Source of the DNA: Trichosphaerium sp. ATCC 40318
Taxonomy: Eukaryota; Protista; Tubulinea
Assembly (NCBI GenBank): GCA_038496445.1
Contig: JALMLS010000093.1
Span: 558,001-622,000 of the forward strand
Length of the DNA stretch: 64,000 bases
Direction: 5' to 3'
In this document: in pieces, positions 12,662 through 25,604 of the stretch
Layout of the letters: each line of letters starts with the position of its first letter
Numbering within the stretch: the first letter of the stretch is position 1
Notes under the pieces: generated by a model
Told to the model about the DNA's origin: nothing
Databases searched by the model: none
What the model saw: only the letters and a program-made list of their open reading frames with translations
Program-made: the position numbers and the translations under genes

Positions 12662-12852
12662 CGAGGCATGACGATTTTTATTTAAAACTTACCAACTCTA
12701 TACGGATTTTTTGTGCGTAGAATAACCGTGTGGAGTGGTTGTTGCTTTGTGGTTTTAAGGCAGAGGCGAAGTTGCGAAAACGTGCGAGTGTTCTTGCATA
12801 TTTATGTCTTGCTCTCTTTGTTGCAAAAAGTTGAATAATACTACGCCTGATT

Positions 12853-13942
12853 TCACATGACAACACAATTTGATTTTTCTTTTGTACTAATGTAAGTATT
12901 ATAGATTCCTCTGTTTACCAAACTTGCCAGAATTGCTTCGTTGAACACTGCACAAAAAAGAAAAGAAGTTAGTGCCATTTAGCTGTTATAGACTCAGTGT
13001 AAGGCCACTCATTTCGCGTACAGTCTCTTAAACCATCTTGATTAAGCGCACTACATTCGACATAAGATACTGCCTGATAAATAAAGATAATTAGTGAGGA
13101 GCACACTGAAGTAACGTACTTGTATTTTTTTGGCAGCATTTTTAGCTTCTTCTTTTGGTATACAATCATGTGGAGTTCCATCACTCTTTGGTGTTGTTCT
13201 CAAATCCATTTTAAGTCCTGCAAGAACAATAGGTGTATCTGGACAGTGTTTCTGAATTTCAGGCTTCCACTACACGTGATTAATTCTGTTGTCATTGAAA
13301 ACATACGCCCAACACAACCAAAATCATTACAGGTTAGGTACCTTGGAAACAGCATTTTGAAGACTTGCTGGTGAATTAACGCTGAAACATATAAGAAAAA
13401 CATCAGTTTGCTAAAACAAAATCACGTGAGAAGACAACCTACTGACCCAAAAGAGCAAAAACAATGAAATCGCAAAGTAAAAAAAAGTCGTACAGGGTAC
13501 TTCAAACGTCTCAATCTGTCATAATCTCCAGGACCCGCGAAACAAGCTGGATCCCATAAACCTTTGTGTATGTCAATTTATAGTGTGAAGAAAAACAAAG
13601 AAGTTGCGAACCTAAACTTAGTGGCTTTCCTGCAACCAAAACATTAGAGCTAAAAATGTCAACTTTGTTTTTTGGATTTCTCTTTTTTTTTTCAACAATC
13701 AGGCAGTCGCTCAACCCCTAATTACCTGTAATTCTCGAACATAGTCGCCACTAAGCAAAATAAATACACAAAAAGACTAATTAAGTTATTCCAAGTTGTA
13801 CTGTATTTTGAAGGGAAAGAATTTGTAGTGTACGTTAGAAGCAAGCTTGTTTTGCCTAAATAAATGAATACTAATGTTAAACAACAACTACTCGCGTACC
13901 AACTGCTCCATCTCCAATAACAACAAGTTTGATATGCTCCAT
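12853..13942 (-). CDS. Atypical Rho/Rac-family small GTPase with CaaX box; about 9 coding exons
   Basis: Spliced: [40 protein letters not shown]...[34 protein letters not shown]...GLKMDLR...YVECSAL...SNCVVM*. Confidence 0.9.
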
Positions 13943-14042
13943 GGCGTTTATGAGTGGTATTGAGAGAACCTAAAATCAACAAAACTTAACGTTAAGTATT
14001 GATTGTCGAAAAAAAAAGAAATCCAAAAAAAAAAATTGACAT
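13656..14042. repeat. Inverted repeat pair of about 45 nt (13656-13701 and 14000-14042)
   Basis: Reverse complement of 13656-13701 is tgattgttg-A10-gagaaatcc-aaaaaacaaag-ttgacat. 14000-14042 reads tgattgtcg-A9-gaaatcc-A11-ttgacat. Confidence 0.85.
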
Positions 14043-14231
14043 AACTAGCGAGATGAATGCTACTGTTGTTTAACGATAATCAGGGTCAATTCCGAAATGA
14101 AAACTGCCGATACTCACAAAAAGCGTTGATTACAAAGGTACAAGCAGTAAGATTAATAAATACAACTATGTGACACTTTTATATACATCTTATCATCCTT
14201 TACACTGTACAATGTTGATTTTCTCAACTGC

Positions 14232-15495
14232 TTATGTAAATGGTAACACCCTTATCCCTTGAAGGGTCAATGGACGTTCCATTACACGATCTAAGAACTT
14301 ATCAATATTAGGATACTTCCAACCTTTCTCCGTCTCACGTTTTAAAACACTCTTCAGCCTAGCAAAGATAATAAGTAACAAACCATGACGTAAACAATAA
14401 CAACAAAAGGTACTGCTTAAACATTGCACTCGTGTCACGTGACAAAAAGCGTAGTTATGAAACGCTCAACAAAACAGCTAACGTACTTTAAGGACATTGT
14501 ATTCAACCATGGAAGTACAGCCATATCAGCGATGGAGTATTCATCTCCTACTATATATTTTTTGCCTTCTAGATGATCGTCTAGAACACCCAAGATACGA
14601 TGAACTTCTTGGCCAAATCTACCAATACTGTATGTTTTTCTCTCTTTGGCGAACGTCACAAAATGTACGAATTGTCCTACATGTACAAGTTAGAATACGA
14701 TTTGTAATACTATTGTGGATATTTTTGTTTGTCTTACCAAATGCTGGGCTCATTTGAGAGTTTTGCCAGAACAACCATTGAATTGTTTCGAACTTTAACT
14801 TCGGATCTTTTGATAAGAATTTACCACTTTTCTCAGCCAAGTATAACATTATAGCACCAGATTCGTAAATAGTAACCCTTTCAGTACCTACAAGAAAACA
14901 AAAATAAGCACATCTCCCATGTGACTTAAAAAATAAACGAACTGACAAGAGAAAGAACAAGAAACTCGAATTCCAAGTTTTTCTAGAAATCAAAAAAAAA
15001 AAGAAAATCTCGTAAAAACAATAGGAGTAGTTTGATCAATTAGAGCTTTAGAAAAAGCGTTGCTGTGGTTTGGAGTGTTATTATTAAAGTATCTAAGCTA
15101 ACCTGGAAGGCTCAAGTCTACAATTGCGGGGATTTTATGGTTTGGGTTCAATCGCATGTACCCAGGCTTGAACTGCTCTCCTCTACCAACGTGAACGCGA
15201 TGACCTTAGAAGAATGTGAGTCATTGCAACAAAAAAAACAACGTTTCGTTTCGTAAAATGTGCGAGAGATTGTTTAACGTCTATTAAACGCGTTTGAGAT
15301 AAAAAGAAAGAGCGAACAAACTTGTTTTGCCCTTTTTTAGTAGTTTTGTTTTAATTATCGCGAATACACGTCCAAAGGGTTGTATAACGTACCAACAAAG
15401 TCTATCTTCATTTCTTTAAGGGCTATACCTATCTTTTGTCCATTTGGTGTTGCAACTGAAAATAAATGTACAACGTTTGCTGGTGAAGACGTCAT
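14232..15495 (-). CDS. Glutathione S-transferase, Nu class (YghU/YfcG/Ure2p-like)
   Basis: VHLFSVATPNGQKIGIAL (TPN motif), LNPNHKIPAIVD, IYESGAIMLYLAEKSGKFL, IQWLFWQ, YIVGDEYSIADMAVLPW. Confidence 0.9.
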
Positions 15496-15893
15496 AGTAA
15501 CTAAACTTTCTTTCTAAGGCGTTGCAACAAACTAACAATACGAGTTTAAGTGACTTTGTTTTTACCGAACCGACACGCAGTTTCTTTTAGAAAAAACCAA
15601 CTGCATACAAGTTATAACGAAATACTCACGCCATTGATAACTCCGTTTACCCTTAATACAAGCAAACAACAAAGGATAGAGAAACTCAAAAACGTCGTAT
15701 TTTCAAAACCACTAAAACGCCTTATTCTATAAATAACCAACGCGTACTATGCAAATGGCCATACAATAAGCTCTAAAATAAAAAAACAGTACAATGGAGA
15801 ACTGGAGAACGTTTTTTTTTCATCCTCTCTCCGTTGACTGCAATTGAAAAAATGGAATAGAGGCCAACTTTCTTGTTGATTTTTTTTTTCGTT

Positions 15894-18778
15894 TTATTGT
15901 ACTAAGTGGTGCGCATCTACATAAAGAAAAGATAGTTTCTTTTCTAGTAATAGAGATATACCTTTTGTTGTAATTAGATTACAACATCTTACATCAAGTG
16001 TTGTTAAAGCGCTTGCACTTTGATATATTTCTTTACAAAGTTTATCACCAACAACACATCTTTGAAGACTCAAAGAAGATAAGTAACCACACTTTCTAAC
16101 TACAAATGTTACACCCTAAAAATATCGTAAGACATACTGCAAAACTAGTAGAGCTATATGGGGCCACTGGGGAGGCAAAGGTATCACGTACAAAGTCACT
16201 AATTCTGAAACAGTAACTAGCAAAAAAATGAACTAAGTTCTTACACCCGTTCGCAATACTTCTAAGACCAACATCTGTAACATTACAACAAGACGTTATA
16301 TCTAACGTCTTTAATGCATGCAAGTTTTCTTAAATGAAGTATGAGTAACTACAATTCAACAAAACATAAAAGAATCAAATTTCCACAAACAAAAATAAAA
16401 TGGTAAAAAATAAACACAACTTACTCCCTATTGTAGAAAGAGTTCTATCAACAACGAAATTACACTCTGTAAGTATGAGCTCTTCTATATTTTTACAACT
16501 AGTGATGCATATCTCTAAAGAAAAATGAACGTGTTAGCGATAATCAACAAAATAAAAAAACTTACCAAGAGACTGATGAGATATATCAACACAACACGAA
16601 AGATTCAGACATGTTAAGTTTGTAAAATATCCAATTTCACAAATACCATCTCCACTCAGGTATGTACAATTAACAGCTTTAATTTCGATAGTACCATGAA
16701 GCAAAGAAGCTAATATTTCCAAATACCTAGCTCCATGTGCCTTATTACTTTTTTCAGAAAAGTTAAGCGACAAAGGCATCAACTTCATCCACCTTTAAAC
16801 GAATATTATTAGCTTTTTTTAATAGCACACATTGTAAATAAACCTTTAACATACCCTCGACAACGCTTGCTAATTGCTGTAAACCGAACAATGTCAAACA
16901 AACTAATTTCCTCGAAAACAGCTTTTAAAAAAAATATTGGCAGTGATTCAAAAGATGACACTTCGGCTTTCTTATCTGGAATTAAAGTGGTAATAATTCT
17001 TTTGTCAATAACTCTGCCCTTCATCGCTAAAGCTAAAATAGCAATAAGAAAAGGAAGAACAAGTTGGGTATCAAGTAAGGTGTACAGAAGCTTCTTGTAA
17101 TAGGTTGATATGTTTTGTGCTCAATAACATCTTCGCTCGTTTCACGTCCCGTAGCGCTATCAAGAAGACCTGCATCTACATTATGTAAGTAATTTTATTC
17201 GTATAAATAACCAGTTGGTACTATACGCACTTGCTCTGGCATGACCAATGACATTGCTGAGTTTTTCACTTTGATTTGTTATACGTATAACTTTAGCTGG
17301 TAGCTCAGGAGAGTCACTTGCAAATGTTGTAGGACAAGCACGTGTTGGAGAAGGAGAGGCTGATCTGTTTCTTAAGAAAGACCGAAGGGGTGTTTTAGTT
17401 TGCCGTGAAGATAATCCTATACTGTTGTTTTGAATAGAGTCACATATAGAATCTATTTTTTGAAGTAATTTCATCACTGTAAAATCAAGATCTCCTTGAA
17501 GCATAGTGATAGATTGTAACAGCTCTTCACTACCTATTTGTAACTAGTATAAGAATCATGTGATATTTTTGATTACACAATATCGTGAGCGCTCACTTGA
17601 TTTAGGTTTTGTGGATTTGATCGGTGTAAGGTTTTCCAACCTTGGACTACGGACTTCATTTACTCTTTCTCCCAAAGTTCGTCTTCTGTCCATTTGTCGT
17701 CTATTGTAAGGTACTTTCGATATCACAGTGGTAGATGCTTCATGTGTTGTAACAATAGTTGTTTTACTATTTGAGATAGTGTAGGAGGTGGCACACTTAA
17801 AAAAACTTAGTGTTGCTAGAAACCTTAAACGGTTTTTTACCAATGTATTTTTTGATGTTCCCAAAGCGTTACAAGCAGCTTGCGCGGTAATCTAACATGT
17901 AGTGAGATCTAACAATATATATCTGATGTACGCATACGTCCATATTTTCTATGAGACTAGAAAGAGATGTATCTATAAAATCAAAAAGATCATCTGTTTG
18001 ATTCATAAATTTCGGTCTTGTGTTCTTCCTTCGCATGACTGAGCTAGGAACCACACAACTTGATGCAGTCATTGATCTCGAAAGAGTGGTCATACTACTG
18101 TCTTCATATCGCCTGCTAAGAGTATCACCTAAGAAGATTGTTAAAGACCAGGAAAGAAAAGCAAGAATATACCAAGATTAACAGAATTCGGCCTTTTAAC
18201 GAGTACTGCAGGCATGGCTGACCATCTATGTTGACGTGTTTTAAACGCAACTGCGTTTCTATTATTTCTAGTAGGTACCAGAGACTATAGTAATGAGTAA
18301 ACAGCGACAAACAAATGTAAGAAACAATGTGAAGTTGATCCAAATCCAAGTTGTAAAATGCCTAAACCACGTGGTTAGTGTACCTTTGCTCGTTCTCTGA
18401 TATCACGCTTCTCTTGCGCAGCATGTTGGTCACCCTATTATACGTGTCAACACGAACGCGTAGAAAGTATGAGACGCGTTTTACCTTCGTAAGCAGATAA
18501 TACAAATCATCTTCGCTTCTTGCTTTTTTGTAGTCATTTAGACCCTTGCAGCAAAGAGGACATACACGAACAGCCTTATAAAATCCAAGTTCTGGAATAA
18601 AAATCTTATTTTTGAGGCATTCGGTACAACATATCTTAAAGCATGATTTACAGTGCGTCTAGAATAGTGTTAGGCTATAAAAAGAACAAAAACGTACTCT
18701 CCGCTTAAAAAACGAAATAGGGACACTACAATGCTCACACTTTCTTGGTGCGCCTTGCTTATTATGTCGCTGTCCCAT
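15894..18778 (-). CDS. FYVE-like zinc finger + F-box-like + Cys-containing LRR protein
   Basis: N-terminal CEHCSVPISFFKRRTHCKSCFKICCTEC...VRVCPLC. F-box-like FESLPIFFLKAVFEEISLFDIVRFTAISKR. LRR-CC repeats such as LKTLDITSCCNVTDVGLRSIANGCKNL. Ends DAHHLVQ*. Confidence 0.8.
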
Positions 18779-19086
18779 TGTGGCGACTAACAATGCAATT
18801 CACAGCATTCGAATTACTAACAACTTCATACGCTTATAAACGCAACTGAAGTAGTGTTCCCACAACCCACTTGCCACAATTAGAACTTTTTACGTCAAAC
18901 ACAGTCGTATACCAAAATAACTCTCCAAAGCCAGCGTTTGTTATGCTAGTGCAATACGGTGATAATACTATTTTCACGTTTTCGCTCGTTTACCGAATTT
19001 CCCAAACGAACACGCTTAAACTCAAATCCACGAACAAAGTAATGCATAAAACATCTTACAAGTACATAAACTAAGCTCTACATTTA

Positions 19087-20358
19087 CTAATTAACACAGT
19101 CTGTGTCATCATACATGAGAGCCTGTGTGTACTCTAACCCATGCCTGCAAGTACGTTGCACGCATCGTAGTCCTAACAAAGGTAACTTGTTAAATATGTC
19201 ATTGGGATGTTTTTTTAAATGACGCACCAGATACATAGTCCCTTTTGCCTTCTAGAGTCCAGAAGTTGATTGACAGTGATATACGCAAAAAATCGTCTCT
19301 ATAATGCCCTAAGCTTTGTAAGTACATGTCAATTTACAAGTCTTTCAAGGTGTACTCTCTGGATTTGTTACTCCATACATTAGTTCTTCTCTTAGTGCGT
19401 TCTTCCTCATTTCAACTCTTCCAGTAAACTTTACAGACTCAGGAGACACCTTAGCTACCTCCGAAAAGTTATGCCAAGCTGGATAGTGCGCCCTGCCTTT
19501 CCTTGAAAGTGCGTGTGACACTAATACAAAATTAGCAGTTAGAGGCAACAAAAACAATGTACCAGAGTCAACATAAAAGATTATTTCCTCAAAAGCACGC
19601 TTGTACACTAGAAGGGTAGTACCAGCTATTGTTAAATACTGCCTATGTAAGAGCCCTACCCACATTACTACTAAGCACGTGTTGGTGTGTAATGCTCACC
19701 TCGTGGACCATTGGGTTCATACTGAACACTGAATTTGGCTTCGTATCGCCCATCTAAAAGACATTAGTTTGGATTGAAACAACGTCAAACGCACCAGGAT
19801 GAAATGTAACGACGGCAGTTGTTTTAGCAGGATTTCTATCCATTCGACGTCTACTACCTGAGCGGTCCCGTGAAGGGTAAACAATTTCACGCGATTTGAA
19901 AGTATCCTTAGTTAGTTCCTTTACACGTGTAAGAGAACTTATTCGTATACGAATAGTATTATTTATGCACCTTTCTCATTTGTTGTTGTTCTTCAACCGA
20001 TTTAGTATAAACAGCTTTAAAGTAATCCTTGTATGGTTTCCTAGGAATGTTAGGACAAAACCACGCGTATACTGTACTTTGTAGGCTTCTTCTCATGGAA
20101 TCTTTTAACGTCATGATCAAATGCCCGAAAAAAGTGCCTGCAATGGACCTCCCACATGCTTTCAGCGCTACTGGCATCTTTGAACAACTGACATACACGT
20201 GCAGCTCTAACTAAATCATTCCACCCCAAATATCGTAGAATATGCTCGTATAGCTCTGGTGGGAGTGTATTACTTTCATGCGTTAAAGTTTTTTCATCTT
20301 TGTCACTTTCTTTTGTTGTAGATTCGCTGTTCTCCTTGCGAGCTGTGTTTCCCATCAT
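19087..20358 (-). CDS. F-box protein with MGN- N-terminus and unknown C-terminal domain
   Basis: TLPPELYEHILRYLGWNDLVRAARVCQLF is a canonical F-box. A 37-nt intron near 20041-20077 restores the frame. Last exon ends YDDTDCVN*. Confidence 0.8.
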
Positions 20359-20787
20359 AGAACAGCAATTGTATTTGACCAAGTTTGAGAATAAGGTTCG
20401 TTTCAAATCTCATGAACAACATTGCAACGTAGCTGAAACATTTAGTATCCTCAGAATATTAGAACAAAAACAAAACGCGCTCTTTTTTTGCTTCGTTCTA
20501 TTTGTACTGAAGAATGTCAAACTCACTGGGTACGATGCCAAACAATACGTTCAAGATGTAAACTGGGGCAGAATACAATTTTAGACATGATCTGAAACAA
20601 ATAAACGGACAATTTCAAGTCAGGTCTAGCTTTACGCGTCTTTTTATTCAGTATTGAACCGATTGGTTAGCATCAAACCCAAAGTGGGTTGAAGTTTGTT
20701 AAGTACGATTTTCTACTTTAAATTTAACATCAAAGCCACGCCACCTTGTCACTGTAGTTCAGGGAAGATAATATTTTCGTTGTACGC

Positions 20788-23700
20788 ATGGGAGATAGTG
20801 CTCACCCAATTTCGCGGCCAACCAGCGTAACCATGGAAGATTTGGCTCATGCGGGCGATATTACGCGCAAACAGTTTGAGCAATTACAACTATCCGACCC
20901 AGAAAACATAAACGGGCTAGAAGAAGGCAGAGAACCCACAGAAAGACCCACGTCCGCGCCACCTGTCTTGGAGATGGCCGCTGAGTCGTTATTTGCCTTT
21001 AGACAACAGTCACCAAGATATCAAGGTGGTTTTGCTTTGGATAGCCTCAATGACCTTCGAGTGTACCCAGAATATGAAAGTTTCTACAAACAGTACACTA
21101 AAAAGGCTGCTTTGCCCCCTCCAATTGATCCGTCACCTTTTACACGAGAACGTGGACCAGGCGAACCCACTGATCGCGAGTTGGTAGAAATGTGGTTTTC
21201 TGCGGCTTCAGTACGTTTGGCAGCTTTTTAGCGCGTTTTGCTTTCCGTTGTATTTTTTTAGTTTACGCCTGTTTGACGTTCTATTGTTGATAAAATCTCT
21301 CTGTAGGATCCAAAAAAGCGTAACTCTTATAAACAATTACGCAGCAGTGATGGTGGACCCCCTTATGCTGGCACCCAGCACGACCACCAATTTCCACGCC
21401 CTATACACCAACCAAACGGGCATCACATGCAAAACATGATGCCCAATGTTATGCCTAATCATCACATGCCTCCTCTACAAGATCATCAAAGGATAAACGG
21501 GCATGCCATGCCTATGCCTAACCGTCAACCGATGCCAATGCCTAATCACCGCCACCTTGGACCATCTCCATTACCGTACGTGCAATTCTGCAATTTTTTT
21601 TAAACATTCATCACTCTCAAGAAAAAAAAAAAGGTGCAATGCTAGCGTAGTTTTATTGATTGTGGCGTACCATTTCAAAAAATGCAAAAACATAAAACAA
21701 TTCTTTTTCAACCCTTTTGCTTTGAAACATACTAAAAAAGGCCTAGAGATGTCAATATGCCTCAAGGAGGTCCTCCACCATTTTTTGCTGGCCCACCAAC
21801 TTTTCCATCTGAACACGCTTTTGGTAGACAAGCAACGCACACACAACACGCATCTCAACGTTCTAAACCTATCGCTATCGAACCAAAAGGACCAGTGCGT
21901 TTATTTCCCAAAACTGACTTTTCTGAGTTTACGCGGTATTTTTTTCTGCTCTTATGGCGTTTTTGCAAGTCGCACCGCTTTGACATTCGCTCGGAAAGCA
22001 CACAAATCGAAATTAAAAAAAGGACTCGATTTCTCAAAATGTCGTAGGTTTGGCGCCCTCTGCCTAGAGAACATGCTCCTGATTTAGCACTACGCATTAT
22101 TCAAGGTAATGCAAACGATGGAAAGAGAGCAATCAACACAGAAACCAAACTTTCTTCTTCAACGGAGGATCTCCTCCTACTTGCAAGTAGAAGTCATAGA
22201 GTACCTCTTGATAAGTACCAAGGTGACAGTACGTGTATTACTTAGCTTAAAACAACCACTTTTAGAAAATTCTCGCTTTTATTTTTCCGACAAAAATAAT
22301 TCCTACTACGCCCTATAACTCTTTGCCATTGAGAATATTTGAAGTGTATATGTTTCAGCGCTAGCTACTTTTTTTTTGGGACAGTCCGAAAATTGTTTTG
22401 ATTTGTTGTTGGCCCAATTAGCCATTTTTTTTTGAAATAACCGTATGGCACTTACGTGTATATTTTTACTTAATTGTTTAACCTAATAACCGTATAGTGA
22501 CACCTCCACAAGAAAGAAAGTTCGGTATCACGTCAAAAAATATTAAAGGCGTACCTCACAAGGTACTTCCCTTCCCAAACCAAGCACGCCTTAAAAAAAA
22601 AAGAAAACAAACTAAACCTGGTGGTCTTTACTGGGTGGAATCAAAAAATTTCAACACTAACTTTTTTTTTGCAGAAAATGATCATCACCGAACACCCTAT
22701 GAAGCCAAGCAGGAGGAACCAACGTAACCAACACAACCAACACCCGCAACGTCACCGTATGGTTCAACGCGGTCATCCTCAAGATCAACAGCGTGTTCAA
22801 TCCAATGCACCAAACCGTAATCAAGGTATGCCTATGGCGCCAATGCCTGGGCATCAAGCCCTATCGCAGCTCTCTGGAGGACCAATGCATGGCTCTGGCA
22901 CTATTAATGGTCATAGCATGCCTCAAGGGCGCATGCAAGGTTCTCATGGTGCTGGAAGGTCTATGAACGGCCGTAATGGCAGACAAAACCAAGGAATGCC
23001 AAGAGTACCACCTCTAGCTATGCCTCAACCTCGTGCAGTCAGCCCAGTTTCGACACATATGCCAGGGGGTAAATTTCCGCCTGCTGGTGGTATGGGTAAA
23101 CGTCAGCAATCCAAGCGTCAGTATGATGACCAACGTGATGATGACCTTAATGATGATGTACCAAATCATCAAGTTTGCCGTTATTACCAAAACGGTTACT
23201 GCAACAGGTTCGTTTATATTTTTTTTGAAGTATTATTACCGTTTTGGTTGCGCTTCGTTTGTCCTTTTGCTCATATTCTGTATTAGGGGTGACAAGTGCA
23301 ATTACCTTCATGTGGACGCCCAGAATAGGATAATCAATCCACGAGCTGTGAGGCATCCAAAGTCATTTACTTCTCCAACAAGATACCAGTCAATGCTTAT
23401 CAGTGATTGCGTTGGTCAAGTATATGAGTTATCCAAAGATCAACATGGTTGCAGATTCTTACAAAAGAGACTTGATGAAGATAAATCCAAGGCTGTTAAG
23501 ATTGTATTCCCAGAGGTTATTGACCATATGGTAGAACTAATGAGTGGTAAGTAACGCAAGGAAAAAAGATCTTCAAAAAACAAAATTCTAAAGCAGTCAA
23601 GAAATTTCGCCTATTTAGAAAACTCGTCTGTTTTTAGGTTTTTTATGTTTTGCAACTTCGTTGTCTGATTTTTTTTTAGATCCGTTCGGCAATTATTTGT

Positions 23701-24989
23701 GTCAAAAGTTGTTGGAGCAATGTGGCATGGAAGAGCGTCTTCGTATCGTACAAGTAGTATCTGCAAACCTCGTCTATATTTCAAAGAACATGCATGGAAC
23801 ACGAGCTGTCCAGAAGCTTATTGACTACCTCAGTGGCTCTGAGGAGATTAAACGTATCCGTGATGCATTGAAAGGAAGCGTTGTTGAGTTGATTCAAGTA
23901 CGAATTTTGAAGCTCTTGGTAGATTCTTTGGACTAATTTGTTCTTTCGTAGGATTTGAACGGAAATCATGTCATTCAACGTTGTCTTCAAAAGATGGAAC
24001 CTATCGATAACCAATTCATCTATGATGCTGTAGCACGCCATTGTATACAAGTGGCAACACATAGACATGGTTGCTGTGTCATGCAGCGATGTATAGATCA
24101 TGCAACGCAGGATCAAAGAGCTCAGCTCATTGATGAGATTAGGGCAAATGCTTTATCTCTTGTTCGTGATGCCTTTGGTAACTATGTTGTTCAGTATGTA
24201 CTTGAACTGCATGACCAAAAAGCTTGTGATGCTATTGCCAAGGTATTCGGAGGAAACATTGTTGAACTATCTACTCAAAAGTTCAGCTCTAATGTAATCG
24301 AAAAAGTACGTTAACTTTTGTTTATCTTTTTCCTTTGTTGAGATTTTACTAACTCCTTTCGTTTGTAGTGTCTTAAGATGGGCGGTCAAGGAACAGTTGA
24401 GCGAATATCTCGTGAGTTGTATGAAGCGTATGATGAAACATTGCCAAGTGGAGAAGACCCTATCAGTGTTCTTCTTCAAGTACGTCTTTTATTTCTTTGT
24501 TGAGAAAAATACTGTTTTCACGAAATTATTTTATTCTTACTTATACTTCTTTTCTAGGATGCTTATGGTAACTATGTAATACAAACAGCACTCCAAGAAT
24601 CTTCGCTCCACTGTCCACGTGTATTCCACCTACTAGCTGGCGCAATACGCCGTCACCTTAATAACCTCCGCACCACGCCTTACCTAAAGCGCATACAAAA
24701 CAGACTTCAAAACGGCTACAGGTATTTATAATTCTTTTATTCCAGAGGAGTTTTTTTATTGCTCCTTTTTTGATTCTGAGTTCCTTACTTACATACTGTT
24801 CTTAGAAACGTGCAACAAAATGGTGCAGGCAAGCCAAAGGGATTGGCTGATGCAATGCCACCTATGTCAGTACAACCGCCTCCTCAACAGCCCCAAGTGG
24901 CGTTTCAACCCGTGCACGTCCCACAACCAGATTATAGGATGACAAAGGCGGACATGCAGAATGGTCAACAATATCAGCGCCAATTCTAA
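20788..24989 (+). CDS. Pumilio/PUF RNA-binding protein (8 repeats, Puf4-like code) with an upstream CCCH zinc finger
   Basis: Repeats: SKDQHGCRFLQ, DPFGNYLCQ, NMHGTRAVQ, DLNGNHVIQ, HRHGCCVMQ, DAFGNYVVQ, QKFSSNVIE, DAYGNYVIQ. CCCH finger CRYYQNGYCNRGDKCNYLH. N-terminal RPTSAPP...YESFY...LPPP motif. Long M/P/Q/H low-complexity region. Confidence 0.93.
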
Positions 24990-25604
24990 TTGAGAGAAGT
25001 GTGGCGAACGACCCAAATTTCCAAAAAAGAAAAAATGACAAAAAAAAAAAACCAAAAAAAAAAAAAGCAACCAACAAACAACAGCAAACAACAAAACTCA
25101 TTTTTTCTTGGATACCTGGGATTCTGTATTTTTTATGTTGCTTGATGGGATCTGATCTGGTTTTTAAACAAAAAAAGAGGACCAGGCTGACGACGAACGA
25201 TATATGCACCATGCAAGTTTTTTTTAGGCGTTTCGAGACGTGTATTCTAGTGTACTCTACCAAATGTGATAGTAGCTCGAAAAGAAAAATGTGAAAGAAT
25301 AAAAATGTACTATGAAATTCAGTCTTGCTATTTTTTTGCGACAAACAGAAGACAAGCGATCTTTTTTTTTTGTTTTTGGGTGTCAAATACCATTTAATGA
25401 ATTCAATGCCAAAAAACAAATGTGGTCATAGTTGTGCTTAAATGTTGTGATGCTACACATTGCTTCAATTACAGAAGAGCGTATGTAACGAGGTTAGAAA
25501 ATTGTAGGAATAATTTATTTGTTGAATATGTATACACTCTTTCAACGAATCTTGAAGAAATAATCAAAACCGCTGTCTAACCAGCCACGAAAGAAAAAAT
25601 ACAT

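Noticed and set aside
20041-20077. Apparent frameshift in the F-box gene
   Set aside because: Explained by a 37-nt intron (gtacag...ctaac..ctag).
24862-25419. 185-aa hydrophobic minus-strand ORF
   Set aside because: It is antisense to the A-rich 3' UTR of the PUF gene; the Phe-richness comes from T-runs.
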